A stretch of 61,321 bases of DNA, filler included. It is 9 parts of 9 records of this genome, joined end to end, with 100 filler letters (N's around TTAATTAATTAA, not from the genome) between each part and the next. Parts side by side here need not be neighbours in the genome. Positions count along the whole stretch, not along the records: positions 28,605 to 35,272 come from SRR31147125_65600; positions 35,373 to 40,657 come from SRR31147125_65712; positions 40,758 to 49,097 come from SRR31147125_65770; 6 more parts are not named here. One strand, given 5' to 3'. Each line of letters begins with the position of its first letter. The first letter of the stretch is position 1. Positions 30,377-40,960 of this stretch are shown here, piece by piece. The notes under the pieces were generated by a model. That model ran no database searches, had not been told where the DNA came from, and saw nothing but the letters and a program-made list of their open reading frames with translations. The position numbers were made by a program, and so were the translations under genes.

Positions 30377-31356
30377 CTATTTCATGCTGTCCCAAAACGC
30401 CTTGCCCCGATCCAATGGGGTGTTGGACCGCTCTTGGGAAGGCGGTGCGTCAGGGGGTGATGGAGGTGTTTGCCGGCGAACGCTGCCGCTCGATCCGGAC
30501 GCCGACGGGGTCGAAGGGGCGCCGCGCAGCCGGCTCACCCGCTTCTCGAGGGGGGATGGGTGGAGAAGAGGCTCATCAGGCTGCGCCCCGACAAGGGATT
30601 GACGATGAACATATGCGCTGTGGAGGGGTTGGCCTGCATGGGCACTGTTTGACTGTAGGCGCCCAGCTTCTCAAGGGCGTTGGCCAGCCCCGCGCTATTG
30701 CCGGCCAGTTGAGCGCCCGTGCTGTCGGCCAGGTATTCGCGCGAGCGCGATATGGCCATCTGCACGACCATGGCAGCGATGGGGGCGATGATGGCCATGA
30801 CGATCAGCCCCAGTCCACCCATACCGCCTTCGTCGTCATCGCGATGGCCGCCGCCGAAAATGGCGGCGAATCTTGCCATGCCGGCCAGCATCATGATGGC
30901 GCCCGCCATGGTGGCGGCAATCGAACCGATGAGGATATCCCGGTTCTTAACGTGGGCCATCTCATGGGCCAACACCCCCATCACCTCGTCGCGGTTCATC
31001 AGTTTAAGCAGGCCTTGGGTGACGGCCACCACGGCGTGTTCCGGATTGCGGCCGGTGGCAAAGGCGTTTGGCGTATCCTTGGGGATGATGTACACCCTCG
31101 GCATGGGTAGAGTTGCGTTCCGGGCCAATGTGGAAACCATCTCATAGAGCTCGGGGGCCTGCTCGGGCGTCGCCTCCTGGGCTCGGTACATTCGCAGAAC
31201 GATCTTATCCGAGTACCAGTAACTGAAAAAGTTCATACCGGCGGCAAAGATCAAGGCGATGATCATGCCCGTGTGCCCGCCGACCAGTTGGCCGACCAGC
31301 ATGATAAGAATGGTCATGACAGCCAGCAGAAAGGTGGTGCGCAGTTGATTGCCCAT
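30377..31356 (-). CDS. htpX: Zinc metalloprotease HtpX (one indel)
   Basis: [27 protein letters not shown]; indel in the G6 run 30550-30555 restores LEKRVSRL and a Pro/Ser-rich tail ending AFWDSMK. Confidence 0.93.
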
Positions 31357-31689
31357 TGTTGGATCGCTCCTTTGTTCCTCCGTTAAAAGTCCGCCTCTAC
31401 ACGTCTGATTCGTTTTCTCCTTTTGCAGAATCGGCAGTGGTTCAGAGGCCAACGAACGCACCAAATATAGGAATGATACCACCGGTTGCAAGCGTAGCGG
31501 AAGATCTGCTTCCGCCTTAGCCGATTCTTGCTTGCAAAGTGATCTTTTTTTGTTGAATATGACCTCTCTTCGGGCAGATGCCAAGCGTCGGCAAACATGC
31601 AATCTATTCGTTTGACACTCCGGAGGGTCGACCGAGGGCAACTCCGTGATGCCCGGAACCATAACCTCTAAAATATCAGGGATATCCGT

Positions 31690-33153
31690 ATGGCCGACGA
31701 CCAATCCAACAACGACACCCCGGACAATGACGAAGCGGCGGAGGAGAGTTTCGCCGAGATGTTTGAAGCTTACAGCGCGGGCATGAAGGAGGACCTGCGG
31801 GTGGGCGACAAAGTCCACGGCCGCATCATCTCCATCACGAGCAGCTCCGTTTTTGTGGACACGGGCACCAAAACCGACGGCGTGGCCGAGATCGAGGACC
31901 TGAAAGACGATGAGGGTAACCTTCCTTACGAGGTGGGTGACGAAGTCGATCTGTTCGTGATTTCTGCCAACGAGAGCGAGATTCGCCTCTCCCGTGCCAT
32001 TGGTGGTGTCGGAGGCCTGGAGATACTGAAGGACGCCCAAGCCGGCGCCATTCCGGTGGAGGGTAAGGTGGTGCAGACCATCAAGGGCGGATTTCAAGTG
32101 GAGGTGCTCAAGCGGCGCGCTTTCTGCCCGATCAGCCAGATCGATACCCAGTACGTGGAAGATGGTGAAAAATACGTGGGCCAGAGCTTTCAGTTCATGA
32201 TCAAACAGCTCAGCGAGAATGGGCGCAACATCGTCGTGTCGCGTCGCCGGCTTCTCGAAGCCGAGCAGAGGAAGGCCCAGGAAGCCTTCCTCAAGGAGCT
32301 GGCCGAGGGGCAGACCTACGACGGCCGGGTGACGCGCCTGATGCCCTACGGCGCTTTTGTCGAGCTGACGCCGGGCCTGGAGGGAATGGTGCACATCTCC
32401 GAGCTGAGCTGGTCTCGAGTGGAGAAGCCCGACGATGCCGTCAAGCCGAATCAAACCGTAAAGGTGAAGGTGCTGCGAATTGAAAGTGGCCAGAAAGGGC
32501 CCAAGATTGCCCTCTCCATCAAGCAGATCGACGGAGATCCCTGGGATCGGCTGCCCGAGAATATCCAGGCCGGCCAAAAGATCAGCGGCAAGGTGACCCG
32601 TTGTGCCGATTTCGGCGCTTTTGTCGAGATTCTGCCGGGCATCGAAGGGTTGGTGCACATCAGTGAGATGAGCTACACCCAACGGGTGCACAAGGCCCAG
32701 GATGTGGTCGAACCGGGACAGGCCGTATCGGTGGTGGTGAAGGAGGTGGACACGGAGAAGCGGCGTATCGGATTGAGCCTCCGCGACGCCGAGGGCGACC
32801 CCTGGCTGGAGATCGATCAGAAGCTGACCAAAGGAGATTCAGTAAAAGGTGTTGTGGAGAATCTGGCCGCGTTCGGTATTTTTGTGCGCCTCGCTCCCGG
32901 AATTGTCGGACTGTTGCCCAAGTCGGCCATCAGCCGCTCGGCCAACGCCGCCCAAATAGACAAACTCAAGCAGGGCGATGAGATCTCCGTCATTGTCGAT
33001 GAGATCAACAAAGCCGACCGGCGGATTTCACTGAAGCCCCAGGATGCCGGCGACGAAGGGGAGTGGAAACAGTTCAAGGGGAAGACGGAGAACGCATCGC
33101 TGGGCGACCTGGGAGAAAAGCTGGCCCAGGCGCTGAAGAAGAACGATAAGTAG
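31690..33153 (+). CDS. rpsA: 30S ribosomal protein S1 family protein (five S1 repeats)
   Basis: Repeated [17 protein letters not shown] / [18 protein letters not shown]1 motifs; C-terminal SLGDLGEKL. Confidence 0.88.
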   Translation: MADDQSNNDTPDNDEAAEESFAEMFEAYSAGMKEDLRVGDKVHGRIISITSSSVFVDTGTKTDGVAEIEDLKDDEGNLPYEVGDEVDLFVISANESEIRLSRAIGGVGGLEILKDAQAGAIPVEGKVVQTIKGGFQVEVLKRRAFCPISQIDTQYVEDGEKYVGQSFQFMIKQLSENGRNIVVSRRRLLEAEQRKAQEAFLKELAEGQTYDGRVTRLMPYGAFVELTPGLEGMVHISELSWSRVEKPDDAVKPNQTVKVKVLRIESGQKGPKIALSIKQIDGDPWDRLPENIQAGQKISGKVTRCADFGAFVEILPGIEGLVHISEMSYTQRVHKAQDVVEPGQAVSVVVKEVDTEKRRIGLSLRDAEGDPWLEIDQKLTKGDSVKGVVENLAAFGIFVRLAPGIVGLLPKSAISRSANAAQIDKLKQGDEISVIVDEINKADRRISLKPQDAGDEGEWKQFKGKTENASLGDLGEKLAQALKKNDK

Positions 33154-33195
33154 ATCCATATAAAGGATCGCGTCACACCATGCAGAGGGAGCCTT

Positions 33196-34158
33196 ATGTC
33201 TCAAGATGAAATGTACGATGTCGTCATCATCGGCGGTGGCCCGGGCGGTTTGTCCGCTGCCATATACGCCATGCGCGGCGCGCTCAAAACGGTGCTGATC
33301 GAAAAGGCCACCCCTGGCGGCCAGGTCAATCTTTCCGACGAAGTCGAGAACTATCCGGGGTTTGTCCATGTCAACGGGGCCGAGCTGTCGATGCAGTTTG
33401 CCGAACACGCCCGTTCCTACGGGCTCGAAGAGGTCTGTGACGAGGTCGTTGCTATCGAGCCCGGCCTGGACCATCATGTGGTGCGCCTGGCCGGCGGACG
33501 CGCGATCCGCACCCACGCCGTGATTCTGGCCACCGGCGGCAGCCCGCGCAAACTTGACGTGCCCGGCGAAGACGAGCTTTACGGCAAAGGTGTTTCCTAC
33601 TGCGCGGTATGCGACGGCTTCTTTTTCAGAGACAAGAAGGTGATCGTGGTGGGCGGCGGCGACAGCGCCTGCGAAGAGGGGCTCTACCTGGCCAAGCTGG
33701 CCGAGCAGGTTTACCTGGTCCATCGCCGCGATGCATTGCGGGCCAGCATGATTTTGCAGGAGCGCGTCAAGGCCGAGTGCAAGATGGAGGTGCTCTGGAA
33801 CTCGGTGGTGACGGAGATCAAGGCTGATGACAGTGGTGTAAATGGCGTTGAATTAAAAGACACCCAAACCGCAGAGCTGCGTGACATGCCCATCGACGGT
33901 GTTTTTGTCTTTATCGGTTTCGTACCCAACAACGAGCTGGTGCCGGCCGGTATCCGCATGAGCGCCGACGGCTTCGTGATTACCGATGATCAGTGCGCAA
34001 CCAATATACCCGGCATCTATGCCATCGGCGATCTAAAAGAGAAATACGCCCGTCAGATCGTCCTTTCCGCCGCCGACGGCTGCATGGCGGCCCTGTCGGC
34101 CGCCCACTATGTGGAGACGCGCAAGGCCAAAAGCGGAGAGGCGGTATGTGAATTGTAG
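33196..34158 (+). CDS. trxB: Thioredoxin reductase
   Basis: GGGPGG, VENYPGF, SYCAVCDGFF, GGGDSA, HRRD, YAIGD. Confidence 0.96.
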   Translation: MSQDEMYDVVIIGGGPGGLSAAIYAMRGALKTVLIEKATPGGQVNLSDEVENYPGFVHVNGAELSMQFAEHARSYGLEEVCDEVVAIEPGLDHHVVRLAGGRAIRTHAVILATGGSPRKLDVPGEDELYGKGVSYCAVCDGFFFRDKKVIVVGGGDSACEEGLYLAKLAEQVYLVHRRDALRASMILQERVKAECKMEVLWNSVVTEIKADDSGVNGVELKDTQTAELRDMPIDGVFVFIGFVPNNELVPAGIRMSADGFVITDDQCATNIPGIYAIGDLKEKYARQIVLSAADGCMAALSAAHYVETRKAKSGEAVCEL

Positions 34159-34348
34159 GCTGAAGACTGAAGACCGAAGGCTGAAGGGAAGCGGTATTTG
34201 TCTATTGATTATTCCCCCCCTTTTCCAAAGTGTTACCCATGTCCGGGTTGCATGCAGGGGGGATTTCTTGACCTTCTCCGCCGTTTCCAAAACCGATCAT
34301 CAAACCTGAACAAACACCTCGTCAGTCTTCGGCCTTAAGACTTCAGCC
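34158..34348. repeat. Pair of inverted heptamer tandem arrays
   Basis: GGCTGAA GACTGAA GACCGAA GGCTGAA (34158-34185) and GTCAGTC TTCGGCC TTAAGAC TTCAGCC (34321-34348). Confidence 0.8.
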
Positions 34349-34438
34349 AAACATGTCCCTGCAAAACCCGGTTGCATTACTAAATTGATATGGCTATATT
34401 GGTAATGTTTAACACCGCAGTTGGCAGGGAGGTTCTCC

Positions 34439-35083
34439 ATGGCTGATAAGAAGTTTCCGACCTTTGATGAAGATTCGACCGTTTCCGCTTCGACATTCTC
34501 CAGTTTACGCGGCCGCCAGTCGGTGCGGGCCACATTCAAGCTGACCGACAGCTGCATCGAGGCGATCAGTATCGTGGCGGCCCAGCTCGGCATCAAGCAG
34601 AAATCGCTCTTCGACCATCTCTTCAGCGATACCAATACCCTTAGCCGTATTGCACGCAAGTTCCGAAACGCCAGGCTCGAGGGGTCACCCAACCGAATCC
34701 AGAAAACATACGTTCTCAGCCGGGGCGCCCTGGTGAGCCTGGAGGACATCGCCAAAAATTTCAATGCACCGAGGGACGCAATCATCGAACTCTCGGTCCA
34801 GCGCCTGCTGCCCATTATCGATCGGGAGCGCCGGCGGCATGCTACCCGCAAAACCATGTTCGGCAAGATTCAGAAGCATTTGAGAGATGGGCAGCGGTTG
34901 CTTGAGGAGGCGTTTGCGGAGCTGGGGGAGGAGGATCCGGTCACCGACCGCATGCGTGCTGCCATGGGGGTCTATCAGAGTGCCTACCGGCACATGGCGG
35001 CCTTTCTCGAAAAGAGCGAAGGTATCGAGAGTTTTGAACCTGCCGGCTTCGATAAGGTGGAGATCGTTTTCGAAGACGAGTAG
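34439..35083 (+). CDS. Hypothetical protein, possibly with tandem ribbon-helix-helix-like repeats
   Basis: RBS GGAGG; two similar segments SVRATFKLT...I..VAAQLGI and IQKTYVLS...LEDIAKNFNA. Confidence 0.75.
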   Translation: MADKKFPTFDEDSTVSASTFSSLRGRQSVRATFKLTDSCIEAISIVAAQLGIKQKSLFDHLFSDTNTLSRIARKFRNARLEGSPNRIQKTYVLSRGALVSLEDIAKNFNAPRDAIIELSVQRLLPIIDRERRRHATRKTMFGKIQKHLRDGQRLLEEAFAELGEEDPVTDRMRAAMGVYQSAYRHMAAFLEKSEGIESFEPAGFDKVEIVFEDE

Positions 35084-35113
35084 CAGCACCTTGATGCTGC
35101 CGTTTTGGGACGG

Positions 35114-35272
35114 CTATTGCGCGATTTCGATCTCCAGGGGGACCACATGCAGTTGTTTTGAGACCTCCCTGGTTCTTCCCAGAGTCCAGCCGCTGCACTG
35201 ACCATACCCGTCCATCTTCCGGGAAATCTGATCGACAACACCCTGGATGTTGATGACGGGATGGCGGGAAAA
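35114..35272 (-). CDS. C-terminal fragment of an unknown protein
   Basis: Frame open from contig edge: FSRHPVINIQGVVDQISRKMDG...LEIEIAQ-stop. Confidence 0.35.
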   Translation of the reverse strand, partial: FSRHPVINIQGVVDQISRKMDGYGQCSGWTLGRTREVSKQLHVVPLEIEIAQ

Positions 35273-35372
35273 NNNNNNNNNNNNNNNNNNNNNNNNNNNN
35301 NNNNNNNNNNNNNNNNTTAATTAATTAANNNNNNNNNNNNNNNNNNNNNNNNNNNNNNNNNNNNNNNNNNNN
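35273..35372. other. Artificial contig linker
   Basis: N44-TTAATTAATTAA-N44. Confidence 0.99.
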
Positions 35373-35952
35373 TTGCCATCGCCAATTTAACGAGCGCGTT
35401 TCCATCAAGAGAGTCCGCCAACTGCGTATAAAAATTCAAAATGAATTACGCGCTGGTGTTTTTGGCAAACCCCCTGATTTAAATTTGTAAGAGCAAGAAT
35501 TACATACCGTTAATGCAAGTACTTAGCCGGAAATTACTGAATCTGTATAGGAGATTTGCTTTGTAACACCGCGATGAATTCGGGCCCGGATATCAGGACG
35601 ATTTTGAGATTGTAAAAGAATTGGTTACTCGAATAGATTTGTCCGCAAATATTCTAATGTCCAGTCCGCTATTAATTGATGTTGCTGCTATACATGAGTT
35701 GACTGAATCCGGGCTCGTTTCTTCCTTCTATGTCAGGCTGTCAATATTTTGCATTGGGTGGACTGTGTTCAAAATGCATGTTTGTGTTTGCAAAAAAGCT
35801 TCGATGAAGCTGTGGTGATAAATGCACCTATTTCTCATAAACATGGGGTAAATCACTTTAGTTATTGACAGATTCATTCCTCAGAGGTTATTTTCCACCC
35901 AAAAGACATCCTGTCTTCCCAAAAAATAAAGATATTCAGGAACGCCAAACCA

Positions 35953-36228
35953 ATGAACAAGCTTGAACTGATCCGAGCTCTGATAGATAGCAACGGACTA
36001 TCCAAAGCAGAGGCCGAATCAATCGTGAACATCTTTTTCAACGCTATATCCGATGCATTGGTCAATGGTGACCGTGTCGAAATTCGCGGTCTCTGTTCCA
36101 TATTTGTGAAGGAATACAGTGCCTACACTGGGCGTAATCCAAAGACTGGTGAAAAAGTAAAAATAAAGCGGAAGAAGCTGCCGTTTTTCAAGGCTGGGAA
36201 GGAATTGAAGGAGCGAGTAGATCACTGA
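35953..36228 (+). CDS. IHF/HU family nucleoid protein (IHF-beta-like)
   Basis: MNKLELI, RVEIRG, GRNPKTGE, FKAGKELKERV. Confidence 0.95.
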   Translation: MNKLELIRALIDSNGLSKAEAESIVNIFFNAISDALVNGDRVEIRGLCSIFVKEYSAYTGRNPKTGEKVKIKRKKLPFFKAGKELKERVDH

Positions 36229-36230
36229 AA

Positions 36231-37181
36231 TCAATCGATCAGCTCACCGACTTTTTTAATCTCATTGGCAAGGGCCTCTTGCTCGCTCAACTCACCGCCG
36301 GTTTCTCTGCCCTCACCAGAAATCTGACTGACCGCTTCCTGTAAAGCATCCCGAACCATGTTCGTCTTGTTTTCGAGAGGCTGTTTCTCCATAAACCGGA
36401 CCGACACCGTAAACCGTCCCTTCTTTGATCGCCATGTCCACTGGCTGAAAGTCTCATTGTGATCCGAGTCTTGGATTCCAGCCTGTCTGGCTTGATTGCG
36501 GATATCCCGAACGGTCTTTTTGTCATCGGAGGCCATCTTCAGAATTTCAATCTGCTTTTCAGGCTCTGTTTCCCGGGATGCCTGGATCTGAACCTCTTTG
36601 GAAAGTTCAGACGTCTGAACTTTCTTTTTGGCTTCATCGGAGAGCCGTTCCAGGCCCAGGACCTGACTGACATAGCTTTTTGATTTATTGATCAGTTTTG
36701 CGATTTGGTGTTGTGTGAAGCCGTAGGTCTGAACCAATCGCCGAATGGCTGCGGCCTCTTCCAGTGGCGGGATATCTTCCCGTTGGATGTTGGCGATAAA
36801 CTGCATGAGAAAGCGGGTCTTGTCATCGGGTTGTTTGATGATACAGGGAAGCGTGTCAAGACCGGCGATCTTGGCGGCCAGATAACGCCGCTCTCCACTG
36901 ATGATCAGGAAACAATCTTCATTTTCAGAAAATTGGACTGTTATCGGATCGATGATCCCGCCGATTTCGCGGATGGATCGGGCCAGGGACTCTATCGTTT
37001 CCTGAACAAATGTTTTCCTGGGTTGGTGCGGGTCCGGCTGGATACGCTGGATTTCAATCCACCTTGCCGCCCGGAGCGGCTGGGTATCTGCCCGATCGCC
37101 CATCTTTGTGGTTGTATCCAAAGTCGAAGAGACCAGGAAGGTAGATCGATCCTGGGCATTTTGAGAAAAATCCTTAGCCAT
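36231..37181 (-). CDS. parB: ParB/Spo0J partition protein
   Basis: DPHQPRKTF, ISGERRY, ANIQREDI, HTH TQHQIAKLINKSKSYVSQ; start MAKD at 37181. Confidence 0.92.
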   Translation of the reverse strand: MAKDFSQNAQDRSTFLVSSTLDTTTKMGDRADTQPLRAARWIEIQRIQPDPHQPRKTFVQETIESLARSIREIGGIIDPITVQFSENEDCFLIISGERRYLAAKIAGLDTLPCIIKQPDDKTRFLMQFIANIQREDIPPLEEAAAIRRLVQTYGFTQHQIAKLINKSKSYVSQVLGLERLSDEAKKKVQTSELSKEVQIQASRETEPEKQIEILKMASDDKKTVRDIRNQARQAGIQDSDHNETFSQWTWRSKKGRFTVSVRFMEKQPLENKTNMVRDALQEAVSQISGEGRETGGELSEQEALANEIKKVGELID

Positions 37182-37932
37182 GCATGACCCTCCTGCCAAG
37201 CTGGCGAAACACCTCGGCATGCTCGCTTTTGGGATAAAGCATGGTAACCGGTGTTCCCAAGGTGACGGCTTCCACATACACAACGGCGTCTTTCAGTATC
37301 TGATCAAACAACCGATTGCCCAGGTGGTTTTGGATCATGGCCTTGAAATCCTGTTCGATACGTCGGCGGCCATCGTATCGATTGATCAGGTAACCCAAAA
37401 TTTCCAGCCGGGGATTGGCCCGCTTTTTTACTTTGTTGATCAATCCGTGGACATACCCCGTGCCTTTGACACTGTAATCCTGGGCTTCCAAAGGGATGAT
37501 CAGATCTTGAACAGCTGTTAATACCGACCAGGTGGCCAGTCCTAAATTGGGAGGAGAATCAATAATAACCACATCATATTGACCACCTATCTCATCAAGC
37601 CTGTCGGCAAGATAATAGTGCGCGTCCCGCTCGGATTGAAGTTCGCTTTCCAGTTTGGCCAGACTCAAATTGGAAGGTAGAATCTTGATGTTGGCATATT
37701 GGGTCCGATGAACAGCATCTTCGATGGATACTCCATCATCCCGGATCACATCAGTGACCACCAACGGCAAGTTGTGGATATCGGGCAAAAAGGAGGAACT
37801 TAACGATCCTTGCTGATCCATGTCCACCAGGAGCACGTTCAGGTCCATCTCGGCCAGGGCTCCGGCCAGACACAGGGTGATGGTGGTTTTGCCCACCCCT
37901 CCCTTATTGTTGCAGATTCCGATCTTTTTCAT
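37174..37932 (-). CDS. parA: ParA/Soj partition ATPase
   Basis: NKGGVGKTT, DMDQQ, IIDSPP. Confidence 0.95.
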   Translation of the reverse strand: MKKIGICNNKGGVGKTTITLCLAGALAEMDLNVLLVDMDQQGSLSSSFLPDIHNLPLVVTDVIRDDGVSIEDAVHRTQYANIKILPSNLSLAKLESELQSERDAHYYLADRLDEIGGQYDVVIIDSPPNLGLATWSVLTAVQDLIIPLEAQDYSVKGTGYVHGLINKVKKRANPRLEILGYLINRYDGRRRIEQDFKAMIQNHLGNRLFDQILKDAVVYVEAVTLGTPVTMLYPKSEHAEVFRQLGRRVMHG

Positions 37933-37959
37933 GGAGGATTCCTTTTTTGCAAGCCATAT

Positions 37960-39289
37960 TTAAACCGCCTTGGAGATAATGTCCGGGTACGCCACCTTCA
38001 ACCTGGACGGTTTGACCAGTTCAGTCTTGCCCTTGTACCGGCCATTGATGCCGAAAAAGAAGAAGATGCGTTTGTTCAAATTGAGCACATCCTCCGGGAG
38101 CACGGCCGCTTCCTCCGAACAGCGCATGGTGATTCCACCCCCAGCTGAAGGAAAGGATCGTATTTCTTTCGCGTACCCGAGGACTCGCTGACATACCTGG
38201 CTGTCAAGGGGTCGTTGACGCGCATGAATATCTTGGTATTCAGGTTGTCCAGGATCTTGCGGGCCATCTGCTCGCCAATGGCAGCCGTAATATCAGCCAG
38301 CGATTGGGTAAACACGCTCACCATGGCACCGGCACCACCGGCCTTGTTGAACAGATCCTCGATGCCCATGTAGCAAGCGTTGGAAAATTCATCGATGTAA
38401 ATGGCCAGTGGCGGTTCTATCTTTTGGCCTGAAGCAAAGCGCCGACCAATGAAACTTTGGATCATGGAGATCAGAATCCGCGCCATCATGTCGCTGACCT
38501 TACCGGAAAGCATGCTGCCGGTCTGAACCACCAGGATGACCCGTTGTCCGTTTTCCAGGCTTTCCACGAATCGATTGGAACGGGCTTTGCCGATGATTCT
38601 GCCCATATTGCCAATGGATAAAGCCGTCAGTACCGTGCGCAGTGAGGAGGTTACCTTTCCGAAAAATTCTTCCTTGGCCTGAAGGATTTTGTTGGCAATG
38701 TGAACGATTTCCCGTGTACCGGGATTTTCGATTTTGGTCAGTGCACCCATCAGGTCCGAGATTTCTTCAGCCCCGCATCGCCTGCTGATTTCCGCGAAAT
38801 TGATGGACAACTTTGGATCTACCTTGGCCTTCAATGCCAACAGGCTTAAAACGATCATGAGTGTCGTTTCATAAGCCACATTATGAAAATAGGCATCCTT
38901 GGCCTGGACGCCTGCGACGACATGATTGACGATTTCCTCCGGGCTGAAATAATAGGCCAGTGGGTTGATTCTGGCCGAAAATTCAGGGTAGATGGGGTTG
39001 ATCAGGCACAGTTCTCTTGCCCTATTATTATCGTACGCAATTTGTACAATCTTGGAAAAAGTTCCAGATCCCCTTTAGGATCTACTATAACAACACTATA
39101 GCCCTTGGCGATGTCCTGGGCGACCATGTTCTCGATCAGTTTTGATTTACCGATGCGGGTAGTGCCGAAGCAACCGATGTGCCCGATCCGGTCACTATCC
39201 GGGAGCTCGATCTTGCGGATAGTACTTTTTGGATCGAGTAACGGCACCCCGCGACCGATCAGAGTTGTAGGCTTTCTTGACCAGAACAT
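37960..39289 (-). CDS. Type IV coupling protein (TraD/VirD4-like), soluble, with two indels
   Basis: GTTRIGKS, VDPKGD, IYIDEF, FNKAGGAG, TQSLAD, ILDNLNTKIFMRVND; frames rejoin at the A5 run 39056-39060 and the C5 run 38138-38142. Confidence 0.85.
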
Positions 39290-40038
39290 TATTCCATCCA
39301 AAATCGTTCGGCCTTATTTCGCTGATAGGCCCGATACAGGGAAACCAGCCAGATCGTGAAAAATGGGGCCAGTATCGCTCCAATGAAAATGGCCAGAATT
39401 CGAAAAGCGGTGATTAAAAGGTGTTCTTTCATTTTGCTGATGGTCAGAAAAACACCATGGCCGAATCCAGCATGAATCTTTGACAATGAACGCCCCAAAG
39501 CATAGGCAACGACATCGTTGTAGTTGTAAAAGGCAATCAACAAAACGAAAATGATGATTGCCTTGATTATCAAACTGAACATGCGACCCACCAAAAGTGC
39601 ATCGACGGCACGCTTGGCAATTTTACCTATCCGATATCGGCTCAGATAGGAGCAAAGCGTCACAGCGATGATAACGGGCAACAGGTTCAATATCCACAGG
39701 AACGCACGCGATCGAGCCAGCGGGAATCTGACGGATACCAGCTCCATAAGATACTCACTGTGCGCGAGCGGCATGATGATGGCCAACAACAGAGTAAATA
39801 CCATGCCTTCGATAAAGCCGTTGCCAAATCCGATGCTGAAAAAGTTCAGTGATCCGCGAAGGGTGAGAAAATCTTCGGGGATCTCGTAATCCGATCTTTC
39901 CATGACGGCAAATTGTTGAATCTGCGAAATGGCATCGATGATATTTTTGAAATAGACACGTGTCCCGGCATTGCTGTTGCTCTCAATGGGAATCGTGTTA
40001 TTTGTTTCGTCCTTGGCCATGTCGAAACCTTGAGGCAC
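39289..40038 (-). CDS. Multi-pass membrane protein, translationally coupled to the coupling protein
   Basis: About four hydrophobic segments; TAATG stop/start overlap at 39289. Confidence 0.8.
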   Translation of the reverse strand: MPQGFDMAKDETNNTIPIESNSNAGTRVYFKNIIDAISQIQQFAVMERSDYEIPEDFLTLRGSLNFFSIGFGNGFIEGMVFTLLLAIIMPLAHSEYLMELVSVRFPLARSRAFLWILNLLPVIIAVTLCSYLSRYRIGKIAKRAVDALLVGRMFSLIIKAIIIFVLLIAFYNYNDVVAYALGRSLSKIHAGFGHGVFLTISKMKEHLLITAFRILAIFIGAILAPFFTIWLVSLYRAYQRNKAERFWME

Positions 40039-40056
40039 GATAATAGGGTAGGGTAC

Positions 40057-40314
40057 TCAGTAGGGCCAAAAGGCCACAATCCACTGTTTTAAATAAGGGA
40101 TGGCGACAGCTACGGTCATCGTGATGAATGCAATGATGATATTCCGGTCGATGACCGCATATATTATTCCCGCAAGAAAAAAAATGCCTGTTGCCATCAG
40201 GGTCGGATCGAATTCCGGGTAACGCTGTTGGATTTCGAACCGGTAATAGAATCCGGCAACCAGAACCAGCAACACCATGATACCGATTGCAGATTTTGCC
40301 CGATATAAAGTCAT
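40057..40314 (-). CDS. Small membrane protein
   Basis: 85 aa, three hydrophobic segments; ATGA overlap with the upstream ORF. Confidence 0.7.
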   Translation of the reverse strand: MTLYRAKSAIGIMVLLVLVAGFYYRFEIQQRYPEFDPTLMATGIFFLAGIIYAVIDRNIIIAFITMTVAVAIPYLKQWIVAFWPY

Positions 40315-40657
40315 GGTCTACGTTTATCCATAGGTATTATGCTTTTCAGACAGCGACCGTTTTCAGTGATGGGTAGCTTGCTTTTCGATTTTTCACTTTC
40401 TTGGCAGGGGTGCGAGTAAAGATAGATTTTAGCGGGCAAGCCTGCATCGAATCGCATCACGTATTTGCCGCTTTTCAATATGCGTCTGGATTGAAAAAAT
40501 TCGATGACGGCTTGGGGCTGCATGGGCTCGAGATATTTATCCTGCCGTTGACGGTTCAATACACGGGCAACGGTGTCGAGGCTGTAGTATGCGTTTTTGT
40601 TGTACCGGAAGGCTGAAGTCTGGTTTAAGTTCAATTTGCCTTCCAACTCTGAAAAAA
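40311..40657 (-). CDS. C-terminal fragment of an unknown protein
   Basis: Open from contig edge; co-oriented and overlapping with the downstream conjugation-like genes. Confidence 0.5.
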
Positions 40658-40757
40658 NNNNNNNNNNNNNNNNNNNNNNNNNNNNNNNNNNNNNNNNNNN
40701 NTTAATTAATTAANNNNNNNNNNNNNNNNNNNNNNNNNNNNNNNNNNNNNNNNNNNN
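40658..40757. other. Artificial contig linker
   Basis: N44-TTAATTAATTAA-N44. Confidence 0.99.
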
Positions 40758-40960
40758 CGGTGAATATCTGTCCAGGTACTTAACGGACAGATCCGAACAT
40801 TTGAAATCACCTGAACCAACAGACTCACCGCCGTGGCAGGGCACCTGGGATATGAAAACATGAAAACTCACGAGGATTTGGCTGTGAGATTTTCATACAA
40901 ACAAAGAATGGAATCAAGAACCCGGACTACAACGTTAACTGCAGAATCGATGAGCGCATC

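Larger units (their letters stand above)
35373..40657. mobile_element. Fragment of a plasmid or ICE backbone
   Basis: Coupling protein, parA and parB in one run, plus an IHF/HU paralog; no core chromosomal genes; element ends not visible. Confidence 0.7.

Noticed and set aside
30535..32691. 718-aa ORF suggesting a large HtpX fusion
   Set aside because: The N-terminal part is the antisense shadow of the S1 gene; HtpX starts at 31356 after AAGGAG.
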